Assembly: GCF_000027125.1 (NCBI RefSeq)
Contig: NC_017626.1
Direction: 5' to 3' (one strand)
DNA length: 64,000 nt
DNA from: Escherichia coli 042
GTDB lineage: Bacteria; Pseudomonadota; Gammaproteobacteria; Enterobacterales; Enterobacteriaceae
A program made the position numbers and the translations under genes. The notes under the pieces are model-generated. The model was given only the letters and a program-made list of their open reading frames with translations. It had not been told where the DNA came from and ran no database searches. Shown one piece after another: positions 33,090-44,662 of the stretch; position 1 is the first letter of the stretch; each line of letters begins with the position of its first letter.

Positions 33090-34817
33090 ATGATTTCAGG
33101 CATTTTAGCATCCCCGGGTATCGCTTTCGGTAAAGCTCTGCTTCTGAAAGAAGACGAAATTGTCATTGACCGGAAAAAAATTTCTGCCGACCAGGTTGAT
33201 CAGGAAGTTGAACGTTTTCTGAGCGGTCGTGCCAAGGCATCAGCCCAGCTGGAAACGATCAAAACGAAAGCTGGTGAAACGTTCGGTGAAGAAAAAGAAG
33301 CCATCTTTGAAGGGCATATTATGCTGCTCGAAGATGAGGAGCTGGAGCAGGAAATCATAGCCCTGATTAAAGATAAGCACATGACAGCTGACGCAGCTGC
33401 TCATGAAGTTATCGAAGGTCAGGCTTCTGCCCTGGAAGAGCTGGATGATGAATACCTGAAAGAACGTGCGGCTGACGTACGTGATATCGGTAAGCGCCTG
33501 CTGCGCAACATCCTGGGCCTGAAGATTATCGACCTGAGCGCCATTCAGGATGAAGTCATTCTGGTTGCCGCTGACCTGACGCCGTCCGAAACCGCACAGC
33601 TGAACCTGAAGAAGGTGCTGGGTTTCATCACCGACGCGGGTGGCCGTACTTCCCACACCTCTATCATGGCGCGTTCTCTGGAACTGCCTGCTATCGTGGG
33701 TACCGGTAGCGTCACCTCTCAGGTGAAAAATGACGACTATCTGATTCTGGATGCCGTAAATAATCAGGTTTACGTCAATCCAACCAACGAAGTTATTGAT
33801 AAAATGCGCGCTGTTCAGGAGCAAGTGGCTTCTGAAAAAGCAGAGCTTGCTAAACTGAAAGATCTGCCAGCTATTACGCTGGACGGTCACCAGGTAGAAG
33901 TGTGCGCTAACATTGGTACGGTTCGTGACGTTGAAGGTGCAGAGCGTAACGGCGCTGAAGGCGTTGGTCTGTATCGTACTGAGTTCCTGTTCATGGACCG
34001 CGACGCGCTGCCCACTGAAGAAGAACAGTTTGCTGCTTACAAAGCAGTGGCTGAAGCGTGTGGCTCGCAGGCGGTTATCGTTCGTACCATGGACATCGGC
34101 GGCGACAAAGAGCTGCCATACATGAACTTCCCGAAAGAAGAAAACCCGTTCCTCGGCTGGCGCGCTATCCGTATCGCGATGGATCGTAAAGAGATCCTGC
34201 GCGATCAGCTCCGCGCTATCCTGCGTGCCTCGGCTTTCGGTAAATTGCGCATTATGTTCCCGATGATCATCTCTGTTGAAGAAGTGCGTGCACTGCGCAA
34301 AGAGATCGAAATCTACAAACAGGAACTGCGCGACGAAGGTAAAGCGTTTGACGAGTCAATTGAAATCGGCGTAATGGTGGAAACACCGGCTGCCGCAACA
34401 ATTGCACGTCATTTAGCCAAAGAAGTTGATTTCTTTAGTATCGGCACCAATGATTTAACGCAGTACACTCTGGCAGTTGACCGTGGTAATGATATGATTT
34501 CACACCTTTACCAGCCAATGTCACCGTCCGTGCTGAACTTGATCAAGCAAGTTATTGATGCTTCTCATGCTGAAGGCAAATGGACTGGCATGTGTGGTGA
34601 GCTTGCTGGCGATGAACGTGCTACACTTCTGTTGCTGGGGATGGGTCTGGACGAATTCTCTATGAGCGCCATTTCTATCCCGCGCATTAAGAAGATTATC
34701 CGTAACACGAACTTCGAAGATGCGAAGGTGTTAGCAGAGCAGGCTCTTGCTCAACCGACAACGGACGAGTTAATGACGCTGGTTAACAAGTTCATTGAAG
34801 AAAAAACAATCTGCTAA
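33090..34817 (+). CDS. ptsI: PTS enzyme I
   Basis: 575 aa with active-site motif [14 protein letters not shown]. Confidence 0.98.
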   Translation: MISGILASPGIAFGKALLLKEDEIVIDRKKISADQVDQEVERFLSGRAKASAQLETIKTKAGETFGEEKEAIFEGHIMLLEDEELEQEIIALIKDKHMTADAAAHEVIEGQASALEELDDEYLKERAADVRDIGKRLLRNILGLKIIDLSAIQDEVILVAADLTPSETAQLNLKKVLGFITDAGGRTSHTSIMARSLELPAIVGTGSVTSQVKNDDYLILDAVNNQVYVNPTNEVIDKMRAVQEQVASEKAELAKLKDLPAITLDGHQVEVCANIGTVRDVEGAERNGAEGVGLYRTEFLFMDRDALPTEEEQFAAYKAVAEACGSQAVIVRTMDIGGDKELPYMNFPKEENPFLGWRAIRIAMDRKEILRDQLRAILRASAFGKLRIMFPMIISVEEVRALRKEIEIYKQELRDEGKAFDESIEIGVMVETPAAATIARHLAKEVDFFSIGTNDLTQYTLAVDRGNDMISHLYQPMSPSVLNLIKQVIDASHAEGKWTGMCGELAGDERATLLLLGMGLDEFSMSAISIPRIKKIIRNTNFEDAKVLAEQALAQPTTDELMTLVNKFIEEKTIC

Positions 34818-34857
34818 TCCACGAGATGCGGCCCAATTTACTGCTTAGGAGAAGATC

Positions 34858-35367
34858 ATGGGTTTGTTCGATAAACTGAAATCTCTGGTTTCCGACGACA
34901 AGAAGGATACCGGAACTATTGAGATCATTGCTCCGCTCTCTGGCGAGATCGTCAATATCGAAGACGTGCCGGATGTCGTTTTTGCGGAAAAAATCGTTGG
35001 TGATGGCATTGCTATCAAACCAACTGGAAACAAAATGGTCGCGCCTGTAGACGGCACCATTGGTAAAATCTTTGAAACCAACCACGCGTTCTCTATCGAA
35101 TCTGATAGCGGCGTTGAACTGTTCGTCCACTTCGGTATCGACACCGTTGAACTGAAAGGCGAAGGCTTCAAGCGTATTGCTGAAGAAGGTCAGCGCGTGA
35201 AAGTTGGCGATACTGTCATTGAATTCGATCTGCCGCTGCTGGAAGAGAAAGCCAAGTCTACCCTGACTCCGGTTGTTATCTCCAACATGGACGAAATCAA
35301 AGAACTGATCAAACTGTCCGGTAGCGTAACCGTGGGTGAAACCCCGGTTATCCGCATCAAGAAGTAA
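34858..35367 (+). CDS. crr: PTS glucose-specific EIIA
   Basis: 169 aa, [29 protein letters not shown]... Confidence 0.98.
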
Positions 35368-35381
35368 TTCTTGCCGCAGTG

Positions 35382-35410
35382 AAAAATGGCGCCCATCGGC
35401 GCCATTTTTT
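35382..35410. terminator. Bidirectional terminator between crr and pdxK
   Basis: aaaaatggcgcc-catc-ggcgccatttttt. It overlaps the pdxK stop codon. Confidence 0.88.
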
Positions 35411-36260
35411 ATGCTTCCGCCAGCGGCGGCAAAATCAATTCATCGCTCTCATGCTGCTGGGTGTAGCGCATCACTTCCAGTACGCGCAACCCCGCACGGT
35501 GCACCGCATCGTTTAACGCCTTCCCTTTCAGCAAACCACTGATAAGCTGAGCACAAAACAGGTCGCCAGTCCCTTTCAGGTCGGTTTTTACCCGTGAATG
35601 GGAAATGACATTCACGCTGTCGGCAGTGACCACCACCACCTGCATCTCCTGATTTTCTTCATTACCGGAGGCGCTGGTAATCACCACCCATTTTAATGTG
35701 TCTGAAAGCAGACTTTTTGCGGCAGCAATGGCACTGTCGAGATCGCGGCAATTTTTACCGGTCAGGATTTCCAGCTCAAAAATATTGGGGGTAATTCCCT
35801 GCGCCAGCGGCAGTAAATATTGTCGATACGCCTCGGGAAGGTCAGGTTTGACATAAATTCCGCTATCAATATCGCCAATCACTGGATCGACCATGATCAA
35901 TAGGTCAGGATGATCTTTGCGTAGCGCAGTCAGCCACTCGGCAAGGATTTTGATTTGCGATGCCGTTCCCATATAGCCCGTGGTTACAGCACGAAGTTGG
36001 CGCAACGCATCACGCTCCTGAAGCGCACGCAAATAGCCGCTAAACCATTCGTCCGGAATCGCACCACCGTAGAAAGTGTCATAATGCGGTGTATTGCTCA
36101 GCAATACAGTCGGCACGGCAAAGACATTCAAGCCGTTCTGTTTGATAGCAGGCACGGCAATGCTGTTGCCTACGCTGCCGTACACTACCTGCGACTGCAC
36201 GGCGACGATATCCGCCTGCAATGCCCTGCTCTTATCGTTAAACAACAACAAACTACTCAT
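35409..36260 (-). CDS. pdxK: Pyridoxal/pyridoxine/pyridoxamine kinase
   Basis: 283 aa of the ribokinase-like family. Matches PdxK. Confidence 0.94.
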   Translation of the reverse strand: MSSLLLFNDKSRALQADIVAVQSQVVYGSVGNSIAVPAIKQNGLNVFAVPTVLLSNTPHYDTFYGGAIPDEWFSGYLRALQERDALRQLRAVTTGYMGTASQIKILAEWLTALRKDHPDLLIMVDPVIGDIDSGIYVKPDLPEAYRQYLLPLAQGITPNIFELEILTGKNCRDLDSAIAAAKSLLSDTLKWVVITSASGNEENQEMQVVVVTADSVNVISHSRVKTDLKGTGDLFCAQLISGLLKGKALNDAVHRAGLRVLEVMRYTQQHESDELILPPLAEA

Positions 36261-36273
36261 TTAATTTTTTCTC

Positions 36274-36339
<66 letters not shown>

Positions 36340-36364
36340 CACAAAACAAGGATAAGGTAATTCA

Positions 36365-36739
36365 ATGAAGAAAATCATTTGTCTGGTCATTACGCTGCTA
36401 ATGACACTCCCCGTTTACGCGAAGTTAACTGCCCATGAAGAAGCCCGTATCAACGCCATGCTGGAGGGATTAGCACAGAAAAAGGATTTGATATTTGTGC
36501 GTAACGGCGATGAACACACCTGTGATGAAGCGGTTTCCCACCTGCGTCTGAAGCTCGGCAACACGCGCAACCGCATTGACACCGCCGAGCAGTTTATTGA
36601 TAAGGTGGCCTCGTCGTCATCGATTACCGGGAAGCCGTATATCGTGAAGATGCCCGGTAAAAGCGATGAGAACGCACAACCTTTTTTACATGCGCTAATT
36701 GCGCAGACGGATAAAACGGTGCCTGCGGAAGGGAATTAA
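36365..36739 (+). CDS. yfeK: Secreted protein of unknown function (DUF5329)
   Basis: 124 aa with signal peptide [19 protein letters not shown]. Matches YfeK. Confidence 0.88.
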   Translation: MKKIICLVITLLMTLPVYAKLTAHEEARINAMLEGLAQKKDLIFVRNGDEHTCDEAVSHLRLKLGNTRNRIDTAEQFIDKVASSSSITGKPYIVKMPGKSDENAQPFLHALIAQTDKTVPAEGN

Positions 36740-36771
36740 TCCGCTCTGGCAAGGTAGTTACAGGAGGTAAC

Positions 36772-37506
36772 ATGAAAAAATGCTTTATTTATAACGATGA
36801 AAAATCGAATAAATTTTGGTGGATAGATTACAAAGAGGATAGTTTAGCGGTCAACTATGGCAAGGTAGGTAGTATTGGTAAATTCCAGACAAAAGAGTTC
36901 GATAATGAAGAACAGTGTCTGAAAGCAGCCAGTAAATTGATTGCCGCAAAAATGAAGAAAGGCTATCAAGAAGATCCAAACGTTAACTTCATGGATCGCT
37001 ACTATTTTGATGATGAAGAAATTGGGTTACATGTTAAAACGTCACACCCAAACTTCCAGTGCCATTTTACTGATCCACTTTATATGTGTTGCTGGGATGA
37101 AGAATCTCCTTTTGGCAGCGATGAAGGTGCTGATGCTCTAAACGTTCTTGAAAATAGCCTCCGTAAAGAGCCGGATCTGGACTGTGCTGATTTCCCTCAA
37201 ATGTTAATTGAAACTGTGTGGGGTATGAAATACATCGCTATGGACAGTATTCTTGAAGAGGATGTTCGTGCGCAATTACTAGTCGATGAAATGAGCACTA
37301 TCCAGAGCAATATGATTACCTACGCGACTGCATTCGGTCAGATTAAAGTCATGGGTAAAATCTCCCATAAACTTAAAAAGATGGGACTCAATGCACTAGC
37401 GCGTCATCAGCTTACCGCAAAAATTCTTCAATGGGGTGACGGTCAGGACTCACCAATACTTCAAAAAATGATTGACGATCTAACCGCTTTTCCACACGAA
37501 AATTAA
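36772..37506 (+). CDS. yfeS: WGR-domain protein of unknown function
   Basis: 244 aa. The N-terminal ~70 aa (KFWWIDYKEDSLAVNYGKVGSIGKFQTKEF…AAKMKKGYQE) has the WGR-domain pattern. Matches YfeS. The gene is visibly AT-rich relative to its neighbours. Confidence 0.85.
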   Translation: MKKCFIYNDEKSNKFWWIDYKEDSLAVNYGKVGSIGKFQTKEFDNEEQCLKAASKLIAAKMKKGYQEDPNVNFMDRYYFDDEEIGLHVKTSHPNFQCHFTDPLYMCCWDEESPFGSDEGADALNVLENSLRKEPDLDCADFPQMLIETVWGMKYIAMDSILEEDVRAQLLVDEMSTIQSNMITYATAFGQIKVMGKISHKLKKMGLNALARHQLTAKILQWGDGQDSPILQKMIDDLTAFPHEN

Positions 37507-37556
37507 ATACTGTATTTGCCGGCAGCAACAACTGTTGACAAAGTGCGCTCTGTTTA

Positions 37557-37656
37557 TGCCGGATGCGGCGCAAACGCCTTATCCGGCCTACAAAATCATG
37601 CTAATTCAATATATTGCAGAAATATCGTAGGCCTGATAAGCGTAGCGCATCAGGCA
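37557..37656. repeat. REP pair (BIME) after yfeS
   Basis: tgccggatgcggcgcaaacgccttatccggcctac together with the inverted gtaggcctgataagcgtagcgcatcaggca. Confidence 0.88.
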
Positions 37657-37694
37657 GTTTTGCATTTGTCATCAATCTCAAGTGCTATTAATCC

Positions 37695-38606
37695 TTAAAT
37701 CCCCGCCCCCTGGCTAAAATGCTCTTCCCCAAACACCCCGGTAGAAAGGTAGCGATCGCCGCGATCGCAGATGATCGCGACCACCACCGCGCCGGGGTTA
37801 GCTTTTGCCACGCGCAGTGCTCCGGCAACCGCGCCGCCGGAGCTGACGCCACAGAATATTCCTTCCCGCACTGCCAGTTCGCGCATGGTGTTTTCCGCTT
37901 CTCGCTGATGAATATCCAGCACCTCATCCACCAGAGAAGCGTTGAAAATCCCCGGCAGATATTCCGCAGGCCAGCGGCGAATGCCGGGAATGCTACTGCC
38001 CTCTTCCGGCTGCAGGCCAACAATGGTCACCGGTTTGGATTGTTCGCGCATAAAGCGTGAAACGCCGGTGATAGTGCCGGTTGTTCCCATGCTGGAGACA
38101 AAATGGGTAATGCGCCCGCCAGTTTGCTGCCAGATTTCCGGCCCGGTGGTGGTGTAATGGGCGTAGGGATTATCAGGATTATTGAACTGATCGAGCAGCT
38201 TTCCTTCACCACGATTCGCCATCTCCAGCGCCAGATCGCGCGCACCTTCCATGCCCTGCTCTTTGGTGACAAGAATCAGTTCCGCACCATAAGCACGCAT
38301 CGCCGCACGGCGTTCCTGGCTCATGTTGTCGGGCATCAGCAATTTCATGCGATAGCCTTTAAGCGCGGCAATCATTGCCAGCGCAATGCCGGTGTTACCA
38401 CTGGTGGCTTCGATCAGCACGTCCCCCGGTTTAATTTCCCCGCGCTTTTCCGCCTCGACGATCATCGAAAGTGCCGCACGATCTTTTACCGAACCTGCCG
38501 GGTTATTGCCTTCCAGTTTCAACCAGATTTCACTGCCGTTATTCGGCCCCATTCGCTGCAACTTCACCAGAGGCGTATTGCCAATTGTTTGTTCTAATGT
38601 ACTCAC
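37695..38606 (-). CDS. cysM: Cysteine synthase B
   Basis: 303 aa from GTG 38606 (VSTLEQTIGNTPLVKLQR...). The ORF-track extension to 38684 runs into a REP and is rejected. Confidence 0.94.
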   Translation of the reverse strand: MSTLEQTIGNTPLVKLQRMGPNNGSEIWLKLEGNNPAGSVKDRAALSMIVEAEKRGEIKPGDVLIEATSGNTGIALAMIAALKGYRMKLLMPDNMSQERRAAMRAYGAELILVTKEQGMEGARDLALEMANRGEGKLLDQFNNPDNPYAHYTTTGPEIWQQTGGRITHFVSSMGTTGTITGVSRFMREQSKPVTIVGLQPEEGSSIPGIRRWPAEYLPGIFNASLVDEVLDIHQREAENTMRELAVREGIFCGVSSGGAVAGALRVAKANPGAVVVAIICDRGDRYLSTGVFGEEHFSQGAGI

Positions 38607-38628
38607 GATCTCTATCCATACGTGGTGT

Positions 38629-38665
38629 TGCCTGATGCGACGCTTACGCGTCTTATCAGGCTTAC
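38629..38665. repeat. Single REP between cysA and cysM
   Basis: tgcctgatgcgacgcttacgcgtcttatcaggcttac. Confidence 0.85.
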
Positions 38666-38685
38666 AGGTTACAAACCTTGCCATT

Positions 38686-38718
38686 AAAAAGCCCGGATCG
38701 CGGGAAGCGCCTCCGGGC
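38686..38718 (-). terminator. Terminator/attenuator-like hairpin after cysA
   Basis: On the minus strand, gcccgga-(14 nt)-tccgggc is followed by ttttta, 22 nt after the cysA stop and inside the cysPUWAM transcription unit. Confidence 0.4.
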
Positions 38719-38739
38719 GTTTAACATTCACTCAACCTA

Positions 38740-39837
38740 TCAGGCGCTTTGTGCGAGAGCAAGTTCCTCATCGCGGGTTTCAATACGCTCGTCGCCGTTA
38801 TACAGCCGCGCATGTTGCAGACCAACGAATAAACGCTCGCCACGTTGCGGGGCGTCGTCGCCGTGCATCACGACCGTCAGCGCTTCGTTGTACCACCCCA
38901 GCGGCTGCACGACTAATTGGGTGTAGTGGCCTTTCGGGCTGGCTTCCAGTACCTGTACCGGCAGCGGCGAATCGAGGCTGGTACGGCGGCTGATATCCAC
39001 TTCCCAAGGGCGCAGGAAGAGATCCACCGGCCCCTGATACGCAGGTGTGTAGCCCAGCGGCCAGCGATGCGCGCCAACATGGAACTGCCCGCCGCGAATG
39101 GTTCCCTGCAGGCGGTTCACTTCGCCCATAAATTCGAGCACAAAGCGGGTCGCTGGTTCGCGCCATACCTGATCCGGCGCATCAGACTGCTCGATATTGC
39201 CCTGGCTCATCACCACTACACGATCGGCTACTTCGGTCGCTTCTTCCTGGTCATGGGTAACGAATACGCTGGTAAATTTCAGTTCTTCATGCAGTTGACG
39301 CAACCAGCGACGCAGCTCTTTACGCACCTGCGCATCCAGCGCGCCAAACGGTTCATCAAGCAGCAGAATTTGCGGTTCCACAGCCAGCGCACGCGCCAGC
39401 GCCACGCGCTGTTTCTGCCCGCCGGAAAGCTGTGCCGGATAACGATCCGCCAGATGCGCAAGCTGCACCATCTCCAGCAATTTTGTCACTTTCGCTTTGA
39501 TGGCTGCGGCATTCGGGCGCTCGCGACGCGGCAGCACCGTCAGGCCAAAAGCGATATTGTCGAATACCGTCATATGACGGAACAGCGCGTAATGCTGGAA
39601 CACGAAACCGACTTTGCGATCGCGCGCGTGCAGACGGCTGACGTCGGTGCCGTGGAAGCGAATATGCCCGCTGGTTTGATGCTCCAGCCCAGCAATAATG
39701 CGCAGCAGCGTGGTTTTCCCGGAACCAGACGGCCCCAGCAATGCGACCATCTGACCAGAAGGAATATCCAGTGAGATATCGTTCAGCACCTGGGTGCGAC
39801 CAAAAGACTTCTTAATATTGGCAATCTCAATGCTCAT
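38740..39837 (-). CDS. cysA: Sulfate/thiosulfate ABC transporter ATPase
   Basis: 365 aa with Walker [10 protein letters not shown], signature LSGGQKQR and Walker B LLLDEP. It overlaps the cysW stop by 11 nt. Confidence 0.96.
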   Translation of the reverse strand: MSIEIANIKKSFGRTQVLNDISLDIPSGQMVALLGPSGSGKTTLLRIIAGLEHQTSGHIRFHGTDVSRLHARDRKVGFVFQHYALFRHMTVFDNIAFGLTVLPRRERPNAAAIKAKVTKLLEMVQLAHLADRYPAQLSGGQKQRVALARALAVEPQILLLDEPFGALDAQVRKELRRWLRQLHEELKFTSVFVTHDQEEATEVADRVVVMSQGNIEQSDAPDQVWREPATRFVLEFMGEVNRLQGTIRGGQFHVGAHRWPLGYTPAYQGPVDLFLRPWEVDISRRTSLDSPLPVQVLEASPKGHYTQLVVQPLGWYNEALTVVMHGDDAPQRGERLFVGLQHARLYNGDERIETRDEELALAQSA

Positions 39838-40702
39838 GATGCTCCTCCTGCTGCGCGCGTTTTTCCTGATTCTCCAGACGCCACTGCAACATACTCTTTA
39901 AAAACAGGGTGATAATCGCCATCAGCGTCAACAACGCGGCAGCGGTAAAGGAGCCGACGGTGTTGTAGTCTTGCTCCAGCAATTCAATCTGTAACGGCAG
40001 CGAAAGTGTTTCGCCGCGAATCGAGCCGGAAACCACCGACACCGCACCAAACTCGCCAATCGCGCGGGCGTTGGTCAGCACCACGCCATAAAGCAGCGCC
40101 CAGCGAATGTTCGGCAATGTGACGCGGCGAAACATCTGCCAGCCAGACGCGCCAAGCAAAATCGCCGCTTCGTCTTCCTGGCTGCCCTGGCTTAACATCA
40201 CCGGCACCAGCTCGCGCACCACAAACGGACACGTCACAAAGATGGTGACCAGCACCATTCCCGGCCAGGAGAACATAATTTGCAGATTATGTTCATCCAG
40301 CCAGCCACCGAGCGGGCCGTTAGAGCCGTAAAACAGCAGATACACCAGACCGGCTACCACAGGCGACACGGCAAACGGAATGTCCAGCAGCGTCAGCAGT
40401 AACTGGCGTCCAGGGAAGTTAAAGCGCGTCACCAGCCAGGCCAGCAGAATGCCGAACACCAGGTTTACCGGTACGGCAATCAGCGCGATCATCACCGTCA
40501 GCCAGATGGCGTGCAGCATGTCCGGATCGGCCAGATTCTGTAAAACCGGCATCAGCCCTTTGCTGAACGCCTGTACGAAGATATAAATCATCGGCACCAG
40601 CAGGATGAACGCCGAAACCAGCATCCCGATACCAATCAGAAACCACTTGCCCCAGTTAATCGGGCGCGCGCCATAACGCTTCAATTGGGTAACTTCCGCC
40701 AT
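39827..40702 (-). CDS. cysW: Sulfate/thiosulfate ABC transporter permease
   Basis: 291-aa membrane protein with a 1-nt overlap with cysU. Confidence 0.95.
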   Translation of the reverse strand: MAEVTQLKRYGARPINWGKWFLIGIGMLVSAFILLVPMIYIFVQAFSKGLMPVLQNLADPDMLHAIWLTVMIALIAVPVNLVFGILLAWLVTRFNFPGRQLLLTLLDIPFAVSPVVAGLVYLLFYGSNGPLGGWLDEHNLQIMFSWPGMVLVTIFVTCPFVVRELVPVMLSQGSQEDEAAILLGASGWQMFRRVTLPNIRWALLYGVVLTNARAIGEFGAVSVVSGSIRGETLSLPLQIELLEQDYNTVGSFTAAALLTLMAIITLFLKSMLQWRLENQEKRAQQEEHHEH

Positions 40703-41535
40703 TAATGACCTACCACACGCCGACCAAAGCGACTTTGCAGAGTGTTAATTGAGAACAACAGCAGCAGGGATGCCGCGAGGATCACCGAAGCAATCGCGCT
40801 CGCCGCCGGGTAATCAAACTCCTGCAAGCGCACAAAAATCATCAGCGACGTCACTTCCGTCTTCCAGGCGATGTTCCCGGCGATAAAAATCACCGCGCCA
40901 AACTCACCAAGACTACGAGTAAACGACAGCGCCACGCCCGCCACCAGCGCCGGAGAAAGTTCCGGCAGCACCACTTTGCAGAAACTCTGCCAGCGCGTTG
41001 CACCAAGCGTTTCTGCAGCTTCTTCATATTCCGGGCCTAACTCTTCCAGCACCGGCTGCACGGTACGCACCACAAACGGAATACTGGTAAAAGCCATCGC
41101 CACCGCAATCCCCAGCCAGGTATAGGTAACTTTGATATCAAACTTCGCCAGCCATTCACCGTAAAAACCGTTCACGGAAAAGAGCGAGGCCAGCGTTAAA
41201 CCGGCGACTGCCGTTGGCAGCGCAAAGGGTAAATCCATCAGCGCATCAAGCAGCGTGCGGCCCGGAAAGCGATAACGGGTTAAGATCCACGCCATCAGCA
41301 GGCCGAAAACGCCGTTAAAAATTGATGCCACAAACGCCGACAGCAGCGTCACTTTGTAGGCCGCGACCACCTGCGGGTTGGTGATCACCTCCCAGTACTG
41401 CGCCCAGCTCATCTCAGAGAGCTGCATCACCAGCGCGGAGAGCGGCAGCAGCAAAATCAGGCACACAAACAGCAGACTGGTGCCGAGGCTTAAGGTAAAG
41501 CCCGGCAGCACGCGTCTTGATGAAACTGCAAACAT
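40702..41535 (-). CDS. cysU: Sulfate/thiosulfate ABC transporter permease
   Basis: 277-aa membrane protein with a 1-nt overlap with cysP. Confidence 0.95.
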   Translation of the reverse strand: MFAVSSRRVLPGFTLSLGTSLLFVCLILLLPLSALVMQLSEMSWAQYWEVITNPQVVAAYKVTLLSAFVASIFNGVFGLLMAWILTRYRFPGRTLLDALMDLPFALPTAVAGLTLASLFSVNGFYGEWLAKFDIKVTYTWLGIAVAMAFTSIPFVVRTVQPVLEELGPEYEEAAETLGATRWQSFCKVVLPELSPALVAGVALSFTRSLGEFGAVIFIAGNIAWKTEVTSLMIFVRLQEFDYPAASAIASVILAASLLLLFSINTLQSRFGRRVVGH

Positions 41536-42551
41536 TAATTACGCCCCGCCGCTAACAGCTTGTCTAACTCGCCGCCGCTGGTGAAGTGGGTTTTCATCAC
41601 TTCCGGCCAGGAGCCAAATTTGTCTTCCACGCGGAACAGTTCGGTCTGCGGGAATTTGTCTTTCAGTTTGTCCATGACTTCCGGGTTATTTACGCGGTAG
41701 TAATAGTCGGTGATGATGGTTTGCGCCTGCGGGCTGTAGAGCCAGTTCAGGTAAGCTTTTGCTGCTTTTTCCGTACCGTTGGCCTGCACATTTTTATCGA
41801 CCCACGCCACCGGGAATTCCGCAAGAATGTTAGTTTTCGGAATAACTACTTCGAAGCCCTGCGCTTCATACTGTTTACGAATGTTGTTCACTTCCGATTC
41901 GAAGCTAATCAGCACATCGCCCAGCCCGCGCTCGGCAAAGGTGGTGGTCGCGCCACGGCCACCGGTATCGAACACTTCAACGTTTTTCAGGAACTGGGTC
42001 ATAAACTGTTCGGTTTTGGCTTTGTCGCCACCGTCAGCTTTATCCGCTGCGCCCCATGCCGCCAGATAGGTGTAACGTGCGTTACCCGACGTTTTCGGGT
42101 TCGGGAAAATCAGCTTCACGTCGGAGCGCACCAGATCGTTCCAGTCGTGGATATTTTTCGGGTTGCCCTTACGCACCAGGAAACCCATGGTGGAGTAGAA
42201 CGGCGAGCTGTTATTCGGCAGGCGCGTTTGCCAGTCGGCCGGGATCAGCTTGCCTTTGTCGTGCAGGATTTGTACGTCAGTCACCTGGTTATAAGTGACA
42301 ACGTCGGCTTTTAAGCCCTGCAAAATCGCCAACGCCTGTTTTGATGACCCGGCATGAGATTGTTTTATCGTCAGTTTGTCGCCGCCGTTATCTTTGGCCC
42401 ATTGTTGCTCAAACGGCGGGTTCAGGGCGGCAAACAGCTCGCGGGAGACGTCATAAGAACTGTTCAGCAGTTCCGTTGCCTGTACATGGCCCGCCAGCAG
42501 CAGAGAAGCGACCAGCGCGAGTGAGTTCTTTTTCAGTAAGTTAACGGCCAT
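41535..42551 (-). CDS. cysP: Periplasmic thiosulfate-binding protein
   Basis: 338 aa with a signal peptide. Matches CysP. Confidence 0.95.
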   Translation of the reverse strand: MAVNLLKKNSLALVASLLLAGHVQATELLNSSYDVSRELFAALNPPFEQQWAKDNGGDKLTIKQSHAGSSKQALAILQGLKADVVTYNQVTDVQILHDKGKLIPADWQTRLPNNSSPFYSTMGFLVRKGNPKNIHDWNDLVRSDVKLIFPNPKTSGNARYTYLAAWGAADKADGGDKAKTEQFMTQFLKNVEVFDTGGRGATTTFAERGLGDVLISFESEVNNIRKQYEAQGFEVVIPKTNILAEFPVAWVDKNVQANGTEKAAKAYLNWLYSPQAQTIITDYYYRVNNPEVMDKLKDKFPQTELFRVEDKFGSWPEVMKTHFTSGGELDKLLAAGRN

Positions 42552-42721
42552 TGCGCACCCTTATAAATTTAATGACTTTCTAATAGCCATCATATTTATA
42601 ACGGACGTGAAAGGAGTAACGGTTTTATATACCGTTTGGTGATTTGGAAGTTGAAAAGGGAATAAGAACCGGGTTCAAGACGAAATCCTCCCCACAAATG
42701 CAGGGAGGAAACAGAGGTGAA

Positions 42722-43513
42722 TCAGATGCCGACGCTAACCGTCTCCGGCAGTGTGCTGCCGCCATCAATCACATTCTGTGTACCGGTTAAATAACTTGAT
42801 TCATCCGATGCGAGGAAGGCTGCCAGTTCGCCGACTTCCAGCGGATCGGCGAGGCGACGCATCGGGATTGCTTTTGCCATTTCAGTCAGCACCGATTCTG
42901 GATCTTCCGGGTTCGACTGGCGGGCAATGCTTTCCGCCATTGGCGTGCGTACGTATCCCGGGCAGATGGCGTTAACGCGAATACCAGACCGCGCGTACTC
43001 CACCGCCAGCGATTTAGTCAGGCCAACAATCGCCGCTTTCGTTAAGGCATACGCCGTTTCACCCGGATCGGCCACCATATCGCCAGTGACTGAAGACATC
43101 ATCACAATGCGACCATCTTTGCGGGCAATCATCTCCGGCAGCACCGCCTTCGTGACGTTCCATACACCTTTAATATTGATATCAATATGGAAATCGCGAT
43201 CTTCATCGCTCATATCGAGGAAACTGCCCAGACGACAAACGCCTGCGTTATTCACCAGGATATCAATGCGCCCTTCTTTTTCCTTCGCGCGCTTGATAGC
43301 TGCGGCGACCGACGCCGGGTCACGCACATCGGCGACAACCGCCGTACAGCGATGACCACGACCACACAGTTCGTCCGCCAGCTTTTCGATCTCAGGGGAG
43401 ATATCCAGCAAGATTAGGTTTGCGCCATGACGCGCAAAAGTTCTGGCAATTCCTTCGCCAATTCCCTGCAATGCGCCCGTAATCAGTGCTGTCTTGCCCG
43501 TGAGTTTACCCAT
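42722..43513 (-). CDS. ucpA: Short-chain dehydrogenase/reductase
   Basis: 263 aa from ATG 43513 with an AAGGAGAG SD. It has the motifs TGALQGIG and YALTKAA. The ORF-track extension to 43579 is rejected. Confidence 0.92.
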   Translation of the reverse strand: MGKLTGKTALITGALQGIGEGIARTFARHGANLILLDISPEIEKLADELCGRGHRCTAVVADVRDPASVAAAIKRAKEKEGRIDILVNNAGVCRLGSFLDMSDEDRDFHIDINIKGVWNVTKAVLPEMIARKDGRIVMMSSVTGDMVADPGETAYALTKAAIVGLTKSLAVEYARSGIRVNAICPGYVRTPMAESIARQSNPEDPESVLTEMAKAIPMRRLADPLEVGELAAFLASDESSYLTGTQNVIDGGSTLPETVSVGI

Positions 43514-43641
43514 TTTAATGCTCTCCTTGTTAATACAGAGCGTTACACTCCATTCCCTCTGAAAATACAGGATAAACAAAATATTGCTGCGGATCAGCTC
43601 ACTAATTCAGGAAAATCTCAATTCAGTCGCTGCTTTATGCA

Positions 43642-44499
43642 TCATTTCAGGCGTTGCGTTAGCTCACTGCTGCGCTCAATCATTTTCAATGACTCCACAT
43701 CATTGAGTTGCACAAGGCCAACAAACAGTAAATCGGTAACAGAATTTTGCGCCGTGCGGGTAGACATCGACGAGCTACGCCATTCGGTTTCACCGGAAAC
43801 GGTATCGAGCGTGAAATGCGCCAGCCGCCGCAGCGGAGAATCGGTTAACGAGGTAATGGCAATCACCGTTGCCCCCTGCTTTCGTGCTGCCTCGGCGCAC
43901 AAGACAATCTCTTTTTTACTGCCGCTGTAAGAGATAGCGATTTGTACATCGCCTTTTTTTAGCGCCTGAGAAACGGTGGCTTGTACGTGCGTGTCGGCTT
44001 CACAGGCCACGCGATAGCCAATTTTCATCAGTTTGAACGACAGATCGCGCCCCACCAGCGCCGACCCGCCCAGGCCCGTTATCTGGATAAACGGTGCTTT
44101 ACTGATGGCCTCAATGATTTTTTGCAGCCGCGCGTAGTCGAACAACGCGCAGGTTTGCTCCAGCGCCAGCTCTTTTTCGCGATTCAGTTTGCGGGCAATC
44201 ACTTCCAGCGAATCATCACTGGTAATCGAACTGTGCAGGTGCAGCGCCGTGGCATTCGTTTTCTCCCGGCTGGCACTGTATTCGCCAATTAACGCCATAC
44301 GCAATTCAGTAAATCCTTGCGCGCCGAGCTTCTGGGCAAACTTCACAATACTCGACTGACTGATGCCGAGCTGTTTCGCCATCTTGCGCGAAGAGACAGA
44401 TTTCAGCTCACTCACGTTGGCCCGCAGAAAGTCAGCAATTTTTTGCTCGTTCCCGGTAAATTCACTTTCCGCATTGCGTATTTTCGTCAGGTACAACAT
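43642..44499 (-). CDS. murR: RpiR-family repressor of MurNAc catabolism
   Basis: 285 aa from ATG 44499 ([14 protein letters not shown]...) with an AGGAG SD. It has HTH and SIS domains. The 396-aa ORF-track extension would overlap murQ and is rejected. Confidence 0.92.
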   Translation of the reverse strand: MLYLTKIRNAESEFTGNEQKIADFLRANVSELKSVSSRKMAKQLGISQSSIVKFAQKLGAQGFTELRMALIGEYSASREKTNATALHLHSSITSDDSLEVIARKLNREKELALEQTCALFDYARLQKIIEAISKAPFIQITGLGGSALVGRDLSFKLMKIGYRVACEADTHVQATVSQALKKGDVQIAISYSGSKKEIVLCAEAARKQGATVIAITSLTDSPLRRLAHFTLDTVSGETEWRSSSMSTRTAQNSVTDLLFVGLVQLNDVESLKMIERSSELTQRLK

Positions 44500-44662
44500 C
44501 TTCCACTCTCCTGGGCTGGCAGCAAAAATTCCGCTTAAGTTCTTATGACGCTCTTCACACTCTGCGAGTGTAGACTCAATGATTCCTTTAAGTCTGTCAA
44601 TTCGGGATATATGATTCCATACATCTGCAATTATTTGATCGTAAATAGTAAGGTCACCACCG

